DNA from: Orbicella franksi
Lineage: Eukaryota
Direction: 5' to 3'
Length of the DNA stretch: 64,000 nucleotides
NCBI GenBank assembly: GCA_964199315.1
Contig: OZ116698.1
Span: 5,766,001 to 5,830,000, forward strand
A program made the position numbers and the translations under genes. Positions 1 through 12,151 of the stretch are shown in pieces. The notes below the pieces were generated by a model, which ran no database searches, was not told where the DNA came from, and saw only the letters and a program-made list of their open reading frames with translations. The stretch's first letter is position 1. The number at the start of each line of letters is the position of its first letter.

Positions 1-19
1 CTGTCTCAGTCTATTTAGT

Positions 20-220
20 TCATTCCATTTTTTGTCGAGTAGCATACCTCTCCTTCAAATCAGTGTACAAGAAGTAAAATACGTATCCAGCAACTCCCCA
101 GAAGAATACGGTTCGAGGTGTAGCCTCACCTGTGAGTCTGACAATAATTGGTAAATAAAGAATGTTAATCTTCAGTTCACTCGTACTCGGTCCAGTTCGT
201 AGCAAGGTCAATTCTATCAT
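20..220 (-). CDS. Small ORF with a hydrophobic, TM-like stretch (VFFWGVAGYVFYFLY); possibly the frameshifted continuation of the RING ORF
   Basis: ORF track; lies immediately downstream of the RING ORF on the same strand. Confidence 0.3.
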   Translation of the reverse strand: MIELTLLRTGPSTSELKINILYLPIIVRLTGEATPRTVFFWGVAGYVFYFLYTDLKERYATRQKME

Positions 221-232
221 TCTTCGTTGATG

Positions 233-418
233 TTAACAACCAATTTTCTCTTCACCAAAACGTAGGCATTCACAAACTGGACACCTTCTGTTATTAAAAG
301 GTAAATTTCTCTGTTTGTCGAGTTTACAGGACCAATGAAATACGCTCTCGCAACACTTACTCCTGTAAAAACATCCCAGACTCGCATTAACCCTCTCATG
401 ACAAATGCTACATTTCAT
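233..418 (-). CDS. RING-finger-like (RINGv/C4HC3-type) small protein
   Basis: CSIC-x15-CC-x3-FH-x2-C-x14-CPVC spacing; oriented divergently from pPolB. Confidence 0.55.
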   Translation of the reverse strand: MKCSICHERVNASLGCFYRSKCCESVFHWSCKLDKQRNLPFNNRRCPVCECLRFGEEKIGC

Positions 419-735
419 AATGAATCAATTGAGACATCGATGATGAAACACTTTTCGACAACATGGTGTATGATCTTTCCAATGAGGAGTACACGGTTCA
501 AGACATATCAAACAATCATTCGAAGCCATGACTTACCTCGAGTCGAGTCTACAGCACACAAACCAACGCATTAAGTTCTAAGAAATATATATGAGTCATC
601 ACGTGCTTATCTACGTCACGGAAAAGCAGACTAGGGGATGGGGGTATCCCCCTCTTCACGTACTAAAAAATAAAAAATGGCGGGAAAATACATAAATTCA
701 ACCGTAAAAGTCACTGTTCCTCACACCTCCTTGGT

Positions 736-3700
736 ATGTATCTACTCCATTTTTATTTTGTTCACGTTTCGATTACAATGAATGAGGAATTGGACTTTGA
801 TTGGAGCGATAAGGAAGATAACCTCGCAAATCACGCTGATAAATTGGAAAACGGATTCGACTTTGTTTTGACTCCTCACTTAGACAGACGAGTGAGACAT
901 CTAGGAGTGAGACATCGAAATTACACTGGAAGGTTGGTTCAACATGGAGGAGCACTTGATTTCAATGCCTCCATTCAGAGAATTCTACCTCAACAATTAG
1001 AAGAAGCTGTCAGACATAGCATCGAACAACAAGTCTTAAACGATCCAGAAGTTAAAGCCGATGATTATTTGTATGTCAACCTCAATTCTAATCGATTACA
1101 TCACGGCTACCATTCTCCCCGCATGAGAGTGAGTGACTGGACCAGAAACGGTTTGAGAGCAGCAGAAATGATGCAACAGATTTCGGCCATGCTAAACTCG
1201 AATGAAAATTTTCAATTGGACGATAGTTTTTCTATCCACATTTCTCACATTCGTAATCCCAGAAACGGTGGTACAGGAAAAAGAATTCGAAAAGGACAAT
1301 TGGTCATCGAAAAGATGTTAGATCTCAAGAGAAGTGTGGTGAAGATTAACAACCAAGACGAATTGTGTTGTGCCAGAGCCATAGTCACCATGATGTCACA
1401 CGCTGACCTTGGAACAAACCATCCCGATTACGTCAATCTCAGAAAAGGTCTTCCAATTCAAGAAAAAAAAGCCAGGGCCCTACATGAAACTGCAAAAGTC
1501 CCGATAGCGAGCTGTGGCATACCTGAAATCATCAAGTTCCAAGAGGTTTTACCCGATTACAGATTGGTCGTATTCTCTATCGATCAAAATTACAGGATCA
1601 TCTACAAGGGTGTCTACCAACCCCATCGAAAAGATGTCATTCTTATCAAAGTAGGAAAACATTATCACACATGTACCTCCCTGAAAGCTTTCATGGGAAG
1701 AAATCATTTCTGTTTGATATGCGAGAAAGGCTACGATCACGACGACATGAAATCCCACAGGTGCAATGGAAGAAAATGTGGATCCTGTTTTCAAATTGAG
1801 TGTGAAGACTATCACAAAGTTCAAAAGGGAGAGCGGGCCACCTACAAGTGTGGAAGATGTCAACGAAAATTCTTTGGAACCCATTGCTTGAGTAACCACA
1901 CCAAATTCAGTGAAGAAAACGGAAAAGAAGTAAACGAAACACGCAAAAGTGTCTGTAGCAGCAAAAGAAAATGCGGCAAGTGCATGCGAATGCTTCGTCC
2001 CCGTGAAACCACATCAAACCATGTCTGTGAACCAATGAATGCCCCTCTTGTAAAGAGTACAAGATCCTGGACCATCATCAATGCTTCATGCAAAATCCCA
2101 CCAAGCTAGAAGAAAAAATGAAGAAACTCAAGAAGACTCGTCTAAAGAGAAAAAGTGATGGTTCAAGATCGATTGAAGAAAGACCTCACATATTTGTCTA
2201 CTGGGACAGTGAAACCATGCAAGATACGGGTGTTCACATTCCCAATTTAGTGTGTGCTGCCACTTCTAACACCGAAGAGTCGTTCAATTTCGAAGGGGAA
2301 ACCTGCATTGTTGACTTCATCGATTGGTTGAGAGAACTGTCCTTGGACTGTAGACTAACGGTCATTGCTCACAATTCTCAAGGCTTCGATGCTTACCTCG
2401 TACTTGACGAATTATTCAAACAGTACGTTGGAGTAGATCAAATAGTCAATGGAGTCAAGATAATTTCTTTGAGTTTCAACGGTGGTGACATCGAATTAAA
2501 AGACTCGCTCTGTTTCTTTCAAATGCCTCTTGCCTCTTTTCCAAAAGCCTTTGGACTAAAAGAGAAGAAGAAAGGTTTCTTCCCACACTTCTTCAACACC
2601 CCAGAAAACCAAGAGTACGTGGGTCCATTGCTGGACAAAAAGTATTGCGATCCTAAAGGAATGTCACCAAACAGAGCCAAAGAGTTTAATCAATGGTACG
2701 AAAACCTCTCCAAGGATCCAAATTACCGATTCAACTTTCAAGAAGAACTGTTGAGCTATTGTCAATCTGATGACTACTACTGAAGGGTGGATGTGAAGTC
2801 TTTTGTCAAGAATGCGAAGAAATCAGCGGTTTCAACCCTCTTGAGAGATGTCTGACCATCGCTTCGGCGTGTACTCTTTACTATCGAAAGACTCACATGC
2901 AAGAGAGAACCATCGCCTCAGAACCGATAAGTGGATGGCACGGACAAGGCAAACCTCACTGCAAGGCTAGTATCGAGTGGTTGACCTGGCTCAACACAAA
3001 GCCCCATCACAACATACAACATGGAAGAAACGGTGGTGAACATGTCATTAAAGACGGTCCTAATAAATACTACGTGGATGGCTACGATCCCATCACCAAT
3101 GTTGTGTACAAATTCAATGGTTGTTATTGGCACGGTTGTCCAAAATGCTACCCTAACCGAGACGAAGAAAGAGAAAAGATGGGAGAAAGAACAATGGATG
3201 ATGTTTACGAAAACCAAGAGGCAAAAGAGCAACTCTTATTTCTGAAAGGTTACTCTGTGCAAGTGATATGGGAGTGTGAATGGAAGAAGAAGAAAGAAGA
3301 GGACAAGTCCATTCAAGAAGTGGTGGATTCTTTTCAAATCATTGACAGACTGAAACCTCGTAACGCCTTTTTTGGAGGTAGAACAAATGCTGTGAAACTG
3401 TTTCACAAGGTAAAAGACGATGGGAAAATTTGGTATGTCAATTTCATGTCTCTTTATCCCTGGGTAAACAAGAACATGATCTACCCAGTTGGACATCCAA
3501 CTATCATTCTTGAACCTGGGGTCACAGACCTAAGCGACTACTTTGGATTAGCTCAATGCACTGTCTTACCGCCAACAGAATTGTATCATCCTGTTCTTCC
3601 GTACCGAAGTGGAAGTAAATTGACATTTCCCTTGTTTAGAAAATGTGTGGAAACAGAACAACCCAAACCTTTGACAGAGCGTAGTTACCAATGCGTACAC

Positions 3701-4808
3701 AGTGACAAAGAAAGATGTCTCACCGGAACTTGGTGTACTCCCGAATTGATGGAAGCTGTCAAACAAGGTTATGTGATACAGCACGTACACGAAGTCTGGC
3801 ATTTCAGTTTGACGAGCGATGACATGTTCACCTCCTACGTAAACACCTTTCTAAAAATAAAGCAAGAAGCCAGTGGATGGCCAGAATGGGTCGGTAATGA
3901 CAGTCAAAAAAGTATTCAGTACGTGGAAAACTACGAAAAAAATGAAGGAATCAAATTAGAAATCGACAAGATTCAAAAAAATCCCGGAAGAAGATCATTA
4001 GCTAAAATGATGCTCAACAGCTTCTGGGGAAAATATGGTCAACAAGGCAACAAAAGTCAAGTGGTGGCAATCACGCAACCCTCACGTCTGTACGAAATCA
4101 TCGAAGACGACAAAAAAATAATCCAAGCCTTCAGGATCATGAATGATGAAATGGTAGAAATCGTATACAAAAATGTCGATGACGAAGAGAGAATTCAACC
4201 CAACACTAACATCTTCATTGCCTGTTTCACAACGTGTTGGGCGCGATTAAAGTTATATCAAGACGTTCTGAGTAAATTAAATCAGCAACAAGTTCTTTAC
4301 TTTGATACCAATTCCATCATATACTCGCAGAAAGAAGGAGAACCAACTCTCACCCTGGGTGACTACCTCAGTGAATTCACCAACGAACTATCCAAAGACA
4401 ATCACATCGTAGAATTTGCATCTGCTGGTCCAAAGAACTATGGTTACATCACAAAACAAAGTCGAATGTAAAGTACGTGGATTCACACTCAATACTCGTG
4501 GACAAGAACAATTAAACTATGAAATATTAAAACAAAATGTCATTTCTGAAGTCACTTCTCCCAAAAGAAATGAATCCACTGGAGAAAGCGTTCCCAGAAA
4601 GATTCCCATCGTAAATCCTCACAAAATCGGTCGGGATCCTGAAACAAAACAATTGACCACAAGCGAACAGATCAAAAATTATCGAGTTGTGTTCGACAAA
4701 CGTGTTGTTGACCCAGACACATTCTTATCATAGCCTTACGGCTACAAAAAAGCTGTCTTAGACGAAGATGACATTGACACGGCCCTTCTTTTAAGTGATT
4801 TTGATTAA
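736..4808 (+). pseudogene. polB: Protein-primed family B DNA polymerase (Polinton/adintovirus type), with N-terminal extension, Cys-rich region, exonuclease, Vsr-like nuclease insert and polymerase; frameshifted
   Basis: Motifs LCCARAIV, YWDSET, HNSQGFD, DSLCF, YCQSD, VDGYD..NGCYWHGC..WECEW, FFGGRTN, SLYPW, KMMLNSFWGKYGQ, YFDTNS, GPKNYGY, FDKR and S*PYGY. Split over ORFs 736-2109, 2088-2783, 2897-4471 and 4416-4733, with read-through to the TAA at 4806-4808. Confidence 0.93.
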
Positions 4809-4876
4809 ATGTAGTTCTAACCACCCTAGGGAGTTCCACTTGTGTACTATAGGTACTTTGAAAGAACGCAATTGTA

Positions 4877-4948
4877 AACTTTTAGGAATCAGGTTATGAG
4901 AAGTTGATGATGATGAAACACTTTTAGGAAATAGGTTATGAGAAGTTG
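4877..4948. repeat. Two ~30-bp direct repeats (ACTTTTAGGAA..AGGTTATGAGAAGTTG) in the putative Polinton terminal region
   Basis: Read directly at 4877-4906 and 4918-4948. Confidence 0.8.
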
Positions 4949-6084
4949 TGACGTAGCCCATTGTTCTCTATTAAAAGTCACGTGTAAAATCCAAGTGTTG
5001 TGATTGGTTGATATGTGTCACGTGTATTGAATGGGGTCCTGTCATTGGTCAGTTCGTATATACCGCTGTGCTATACTACTCCTGCACAGGAAAACGCAGT
5101 GAAACAATTAGTTTCATGGCATCTCACCAAAACATATTACTTTAGTAAAGAGAGGAAAAAGTTTAGGTTACCAAAGTTAATAAGAGGTTATGGAGATAAC
5201 TTATGCACCAGTAGAGGTAAATTGACCGTCTTTAGCTTATAAAATCGCATTTTAACGCAACGCATCGATAGGAAATCGTAACAAGCTATACATGGTTGCC
5301 CTGGCAGCGTAAGGTCACTTCCCTTTAGAAAAAAAAAGGTTAACTAGTAAGCCTAATAAATTGAGGTGTGGAATACTATTTCAGAGAGTTTTACTTTACG
5401 TAACTGAGGAATAAATTAATTATTTAAATACCTGAGAGACTTCATCAGGTGAGGATGAGTCATCTTCAATGATTATACGGTGGCCAAAAGACATCGGCTT
5501 ATCATCAGCTGAGTTGCTTGTTGTCCTACAATGGGAATAACTGAAGGCGTCATATCATTTGTGGTAGCATATAGAAATATAAATATCCTTGTTAGGAAAA
5601 CCATATCTTCTACGTCTTGTAAGTTCTAATGCAGTCGTTTTAAAATCTATCGTACAATCACACACTAGGCACGGCACGGTATCTTCAGGAAGATTTATTA
5701 TGCTCACACCCAAGTGTGGCCAAAACTGAGTTAGGTGAGTGTTTAAAATTCACCAGACATTTGAATGCAATGGACCTAAAACTGAAAAAGTAGGTGGCTT
5801 TAAGGAACCAACCTCTTCTTTTTCTTGGGTGATGGACTTGTTAGGTTAACAACAGCTTGTTCGTCTGTACCACTTGAAGAGTCTCTAATTGTAACACATT
5901 CCACAGTATGATCCTGCACGGTAACATATACATCTACATCTACAAGTTGCATTACCCGGCAAAGTCCCCCTTGACCTGTGGCTAATTTCTGCTTAGGTGG
6001 CCTCATACACCACAAGCCTTTCTGAGACATCGACGCCAGGCCGGCCACTTCGTGCAGTATTTAAATAAATAAACAAATAGTAAG

Positions 6085-7625
6085 TAAGTAAGTAAGTAAC
6101 AACTTTATTTACAGAGGGTAACACATAACAGTAAAAAACTGACAAACCAGTGGCCCTCTATCCTAAGTGGTTCCGTAAAAAACCAGGCAGACAATCTAAC
6201 TGGGTTCTTTGACGATGTCCAATCAGATTGTTCTACGGTTTGTCCAGGTCAGGAAACAAATAAACAGATTTGGAAACAGCAGAAAATGGGTCAGCGAAAC
6301 AGGTCAGCAACGAACATGTTCACAGTGAAAATATCTGCGACAAAACTAACTTATCCAAGCTCAAAGGTCAATTGACCGTATCGGTTACGCGGCTAAATGT
6401 CAATCAAAAGGTATTTACGAAATCAAACGTCAATCAAATGTTAATTGTTCATATATTAACGGAACACTAAGTTAAAAATTAAAAACTATTTACAGTTATA
6501 AAGTAATAAAAATTACAAAATAGAATACAGCTAAAATTTAAAGATATGATAAAAGTTAAAAATTTAAAAAGTCTAAATCTAGATATGCGCAACTAAAGAC
6601 TAAGCTAAGAGTTTTTGGACAAAAAATATTTTCTAGCAGAAGATTTAAAGGAGCGAATGGAGTCTTTCTTGCAAATGTCTAAAGGGATGCTGTTCCATAG
6701 TTTTGCTCCATTGGCTTGGAAAGTTCGCCCCCCTTCCGTTTCTCTGTTATAGGAAGGGCACACTAAGTTATATTTTCCATAGCGACTGATTCTGTTACAT
6801 AGCTCGGACAATTATTTTCATCTTTGATGCGCCTAAATATTAAACTAGTCCTTTTAAGGTTTAATTCTTCCTTAAGTGGCAGCCAATGAAGTCGTCTGAG
6901 AAGCATCTCGCTTCTTTCACCAATATCCGCATCCAAGATTGCTCGAGCTGCTCGCTTTTGCAGCTTGGATACGCAGTTAACGTTCCCTTCTGATGCAGCG
7001 CACCATGCACACGAGCCATACAACATTATCGGCTTGATCAAGACGTTGAAATAAAGCTTACGCTCAGCGAGAGGCAGGTTACGCTTAATCTTCTTCAGCA
7101 CCGCAATACGTTGTGACACTTTTTTACAAGTGTCATCTATGTGTTCAGTAAAACTCAAGTGATTGTCTAATTTTACCCCAAGTAGTTTCTGTGAAGTTAT
7201 TTGCTCAATCTCGCTACCGTTGCATGATAATTTAAGATTCGAGTCTGGAACCTTTTGCAGTCGTTTGCCAGTTACGAGAAGACTTTTTGTTTTAGAGGCA
7301 TTAAGTACCATCTTGTTGTCAGATGTCAAGACTGTAATCTTGTTTATGTCTTCTTGGAGCCTCTGCTGAATTGCAGGTAGATCTGAGACTACAGCGGAAG
7401 TACTTAAAGTAGTGTCATCTGCGTAAATGTCTACAGTTGACTTGGAGACTGAGTTTGGGAGATCATTCACAAAGATGATAAATAGCAGTGACCCCAGTAT
7501 CGATCCTTGCGGAATACCATGTGTGATCAGTCTGTATTCTGAATGCACTCCGTCAATGACAACTGAGCTCCTTTTGCCCTTTAAGTGGTTCGTTAAGAGC
7601 ATTAGTTCCCTAGAGTGAATGGTAG
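6085..7625 (-). mobile_element. 5'-truncated CR1/L2-type LINE (RT C-terminal half, 3' UTR and (TTAC)n tail)
   Basis: GIPQGSILGSLLF, YADDTTL and KSLLVTG motifs in ORF 6763-7641; continuation in 6605-6811; AATAAA followed by a microsatellite tail at about 6078-6110. Confidence 0.9.
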
Positions 7626-7802
7626 CCTGATAGGAAAACAACCAAACACCGTATTTACTAGAATAACACTACAATGCTTGGAAGTCAGTAAGGAGATATG
7701 TATTAAATTGTACATCGTGTGTTCTCCATTATTATCCTCTTCGGTTGCGAGGAGACTATAATCATCCTTGCTTGGAACATTGGACGTTGTTTTTACATGA
7801 AT

Positions 7803-8008
7803 GGCCGTTTTCACACTAGAGACGGATAACCCGTCGTAGATGGGTTATCCGTCCGTTACGGATAATTCGTCTTAGTGTGAAAATGGAACGGTGTTCATTT
7901 TAGACGGATAGTCCGTCTATTTTTATCCGTCCGATTATCCGTCTATGTAGACGGATAATCGCACAGATATAAATAGACGGATTATCCGTCTCTAGTGTGA
8001 AAACGGCC
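7803..8008. mobile_element. PIF/Harbinger-type MITE
   Basis: 27-bp perfect TIR GGCCGTTTTCACACTAGAGACGGATAA; 3-bp TSD AAT at 7800-7802 and 8009-8011; many internal GACGGATA/TATCCGTC motifs. Confidence 0.85.
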
Positions 8009-9371
8009 AATGTACTCATTTTCTGTCCTGTATGCATTCTTATCGCGTGTGGTTGGAGATCCTTGAACTTGCCAAAAAAAGCTGCTCTCGTTCATGATGG
8101 GTACACTTTTCCGTTAGCAAATACTTTGCAGTTTCTCGTAGGAGTTTTTCTTATTCTAGTGTTTCATCTATTTTTTAAACCAAAAAAAACATCAGAAAAA
8201 TATCAGAAAGGAAAATCGGAAGCGTGACTCCTTTATCTTGCCTTTCACCAACGCGGTTCCTTTGCCTTTTTGTTAAAACAATCCCCTCACGCATCGTGGA
8301 GGTTATAGTGGATCCGTGATCACACGTGTTGGGCTTCTGTCATATAGAAAGCTTATTTCCAAATAGAAATATGCTACCCGAAAGCGTTTATTTCCTGTAA
8401 TAGCTCTAAATGTCAAAAAGTTATATGCAGAAGTTTTTAAGGATAATCGTAGTCTCCTCGTGCAGCTCGCAGCCGAGAACCGTTGCCTGACGACACTATA
8501 TACGGCAGGTTATGGGCTCCTGATACGGTCGCGATGGAGGCAAGGCCAAGATAACACGCGATGTACTTATTGACTGCCGTGCACTTTTTAATGTCATTTC
8601 TGAGAATTGCCTGGTTGATCATTACAGTTTTTTCATTAAAATGTGTAGTAAAAAAAGAGACAATGTACCCTCAACACTCAAAAAGATACCCTCGCCGCTC
8701 TAGACCCTTGACCAAAAAGGTAAAATTTGTTGTATCAGTATGGTAAAAGCTGATAACAACTGATATTTTTTGGCGTTTACGTATCTCCGCCCCCTAAAAA
8801 AGCCACAATATGAAAACCTTTAACCATCCCTTGCATTGTTATCACAACTTACAGTAATTCACCGTGTCCATGATATTTTTTTGAAGTGACACACCCCTGT
8901 GTCTGTTGCTAGCTTTACGTCGTCTTTTTCATTGTCATTACATCTTTTTCTTACTGGTTTTCCAGCTTATATTTTACTTACGCCTTTTTTCTTGACTTTG
9001 ATATCATTTTCATTTAGCAGCCTGTTTTCATTGTCAACGCCTGTATGTCAATATGCGTTTCCATTTAGCAATGCATGGGTGGGAACAGGAACGTAGAGAT
9101 AACAGCGCATACCGGGAGTGCACACAGACACCTTTTACAGATGCGTTGGTTTAAAAAGGAAAGTTACTTTTTAATTTGATTACTGACGTGGCCAAAATGG
9201 AAACTTAAACTGAAAACGCAGCAGCGAACCAGCACTTGCCTTCAAAATCAAGAAGATTTTGGTGCCAGATTTTGCGATTCACGCCCACAGGGCAACGGTA
9301 GTCACGATTACTTTTAGTGAAATGAAACTGTCGTGACCTTGTTATAACTTTCCTGAATTTACTTGGCCAGG

Positions 9372-9392
9372 CCTAACCCTAACCCTAACCCT
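9372..9392 (+). repeat. (TAACCC)3 telomere-like microsatellite
   Basis: CCTAACCCTAACCCTAACCCT, read directly. Confidence 0.7.
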
Positions 9393-9907
9393 TGGCCACG
9401 CTATTTACTAAGGCCACTGTGTTTAACGTCTGTGCAAACTATCCTAAACAGAATGAACGTTCTTAGTCATGCGTTTCGGTGTAACCGAAAGAAATTCTTT
9501 GGAAGGTTAATAGCAGACGATGCAGAGATCTAAACAAAGAGCATGCTAGAAATTCCTGGACGGTTGATATGTACATATTTTTTCTGCTTCTTTTTTTCAA
9601 GTTGGGGGCAATGAAATTACAGAGCAGAGTAACACGTAAAAAAGTCTTGAGCTAAATTAAGGATATTTTAAAACACACACGTTGGGACACCCTAGTCAGC
9701 ACAGGAAACAAGATAGTTACAAGCTACTGTGTGCCTTTGATAAAAAGATATATTAGCAAACAGACAAGGGCAATTGTAAGAAAAATATACTGCAGCAGGA
9801 CAATGTACTTCTTGTGAGAAAGAAAAGATGATAAAAATCAACTAGTTTTGATACTGACCTTTTTACTGGCGAAAATAAATAACTCAAACAGAAGAGAAAA
9901 AACCCAC

Positions 9908-10084
9908 CTTTGCAGCTTCAAGGGATGCCTCTAAGGCTTTTTCGATGGCTTCGTCTTCATCTTCTGCCTGAAAACGTCGCCACCAGTCATCTTTCAGAGG
10001 ACTTTTTGTCTTAACTACATCTGCATAGGATGCAAGACTTGAAGAGGGCAACTGGTCTTCAGGGGCTTTACGTGTAGAATCCAT
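9908..10084 (-). CDS. Putative exon encoding a ubiquitin-interacting motif (UIM)
   Basis: EDEDEAIEKALEASLEAAK fits the UIM pattern and is followed directly by a donor-like AAG|GTGGGT. Confidence 0.4.
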
Positions 10085-10507
10085 CACAAAATCGAACTCG
10101 AAAGGTAGAAATGAGAGAGCTTGAAATCGCCTTCAAGGGAACTCACTAAACTCAACTAGCAATATGCCACGATTTTGTCAGTTTCCACCAGATATATGAA
10201 ATGGACAACTGGTATTTGTTAACTGTTACATTGATGCCTTTTTTGGTAGTCACGAAACTTAAGAATGTTTCGGATCATGTCTTGAATATTTTTTACTATC
10301 ACCTGAAGATCATTTCCGATTATAGATTACTACTGAAGATGGCCGAAAATGTTTTTAGATGAAAAGTTAGGGGTAGCGTCACAGATGAAATTATATTATG
10401 ATTTTCAGATGAAAAGATTAGGGGTAGCGTCACGTGACGTGAGGCAAAAAACCCTTTTTTATTTTTTATTTTATTTTTTAAATTTTTTAAAATTTTTTTA
10501 ATCTGGA

Positions 10508-10572
10508 GTCCAGAGTCCAAGGTCCAGTCCAGGGTCTAGTCCAGGGTCCAGTCCAGATTTTAGACTATGCCC
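10508..10572. repeat. Degenerate (GTCCAG/GTCCAGG)n tandem repeat, probably a TE end
   Basis: Read directly. Confidence 0.6.
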
Positions 10573-11519
10573 AACTCTTTTCGTAACAAATGAAGATATC
10601 AACGGCTATCTTGCAAAACAGCTAAATATAGCGTGAAAGAATCACAATTTGGTAATCATATGACAATTGGACTAATAAAGTAACTTGACAATAAGCCTCA
10701 GCAATAGTAGAGCTGTGAAAGCGATTTCAACAAAACCTAGATAAACTAAATGAAACCTTTTCATGATAAAGAAAAGCCTAAGAATTCGCTACTTAGCAAA
10801 TAACTACAACAATAAGAACTTGCGTACTTTGGTTGACGACTCAGACCAAAAGGTAGCAGAGAGACAGCGAAATACTCTTGAAATAGCGGTAACTTGGATC
10901 CTCTGATCCTAGCACAGTAGCGGTGTAACTTCACTAACAGTCTCTGACTAAAAGAAGTTGTGCATCGTCTTTTATTGCCTATGCTTCGTGAAAAAACTAG
11001 GGCGTTGTGAGAAACGTGGCACCCACAATAAAGACAACTTCGTAGTGGGAAAATTTCTAGAACTATTACATACGTGTAAAAATCACGATTTTATGAAAGC
11101 TTTGATTTTGAAATCACGTACTTGGCTTGAATAATAACTAATAATAAATCAGTAGGAAGCTGCATAGGACATTGATAAACGATTGGCATTTCAAAACTAA
11201 CAACTACAATCATCTATTATCTAATCATAGCTCATCAAAGTTGTTTGCCTTTTAGACATGAGATCTCACCTAGACTGATCTACTATTGGTTTACAGAATT
11301 TTGTCAGTCCTTCCCTCAAACGTTTCCAGGATACTACATTTGGCCTCTACACTTACATGGCAGTGCTCTGGCAACCATCTTCAGCCAGCTAAAGTTTAGC
11401 ATGAATGGTCACCTAACTTCACTTAACTCGGCCCCTGCTGTCGCAACATTGAAGCTTAAATGACAAATTCATGGTTGGAGAGGAAAGTATGTTTACAGGA
11501 GGACATTTCTCTATGTATT

Positions 11520-11863
11520 CCTCTATTCCCTGAATTTTCCCCGACTTTTCCCTGATAAAAATAAGATCTCCCTGACCAATTAAACACAAAACGTTAGAAC
11601 TAGGAGCAGCTTCTGGCCTGAACTAAGACTAGTAAGTTTTGCAAATTTTCCGTCTTCGTGTCGGAAAAATATCATTCAGAACACAGTTACCCAAAATGTT
11701 TCTTCCCTCGTTCAATAATATATCAGCCGTGTTGAATTATTTCAATTTTCCCTGACTTTTCTTCAAAATATCAATTCTCCCTGACCCAAAATAAAATTCT
11801 CCAACTTTTCCCTGACCTTGAAAAATTTTTTCCCCGACCATTTCCTGACCAGTGGCAACTCTG
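11520..11863. mobile_element. Partial hAT-like MITE with TCCCTGA subterminal repeats
   Basis: Many TTCCCTGA(C) copies; ends in CCAGTGGCAACTCTG (reverse complement CAGAGTTGCCACTGG). Left TIR not found. Confidence 0.5.
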
Positions 11864-12151
11864 CAAACATGAGAAGTGGTTTGCTATAGCTAACAATAAC
11901 TGTCATTAACAGTTTTAAGGTAGAAGAAAAATTTGAAACCCAATCAGTGTGTTTGAGGATGAAATTGAGGTAAGTTTTTGAGCATGATAATGTGCATTCA
12001 TTGTTTAAATAAGTTCTTCTTTATCATGTGGGACATTTGAGCAACTGTTGAGTCCCAAGCCAGATGGGCATTTCATAATGATGATGATGATGATGATGAA
12101 GTAATAATAATAGTAACAGCAATGATAACATATAATATTGTACGTAAGGTC

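Larger units (their letters stand above)
1..5080 (+). mobile_element. Polinton/Maverick-type element, right-hand part (left end outside the window)
   Basis: Contains a protein-primed PolB. After the gene come short repeats and CACGTG motifs, ending in ...TATACTACT at 5080. Its reverse complement AGTAGT is the typical Polinton terminus. Confidence 0.7.

Noticed and set aside
5100-6050. Protease or Zn-finger TE fragment (…FWPHLGV…PCLVCDC…)
   Set aside because: Short and broken by stops; no family could be recognised.
9372-9392. Interstitial telomere or chromosome-fusion scar
   Set aside because: Only three units; short TAACCC runs are common in repeats.
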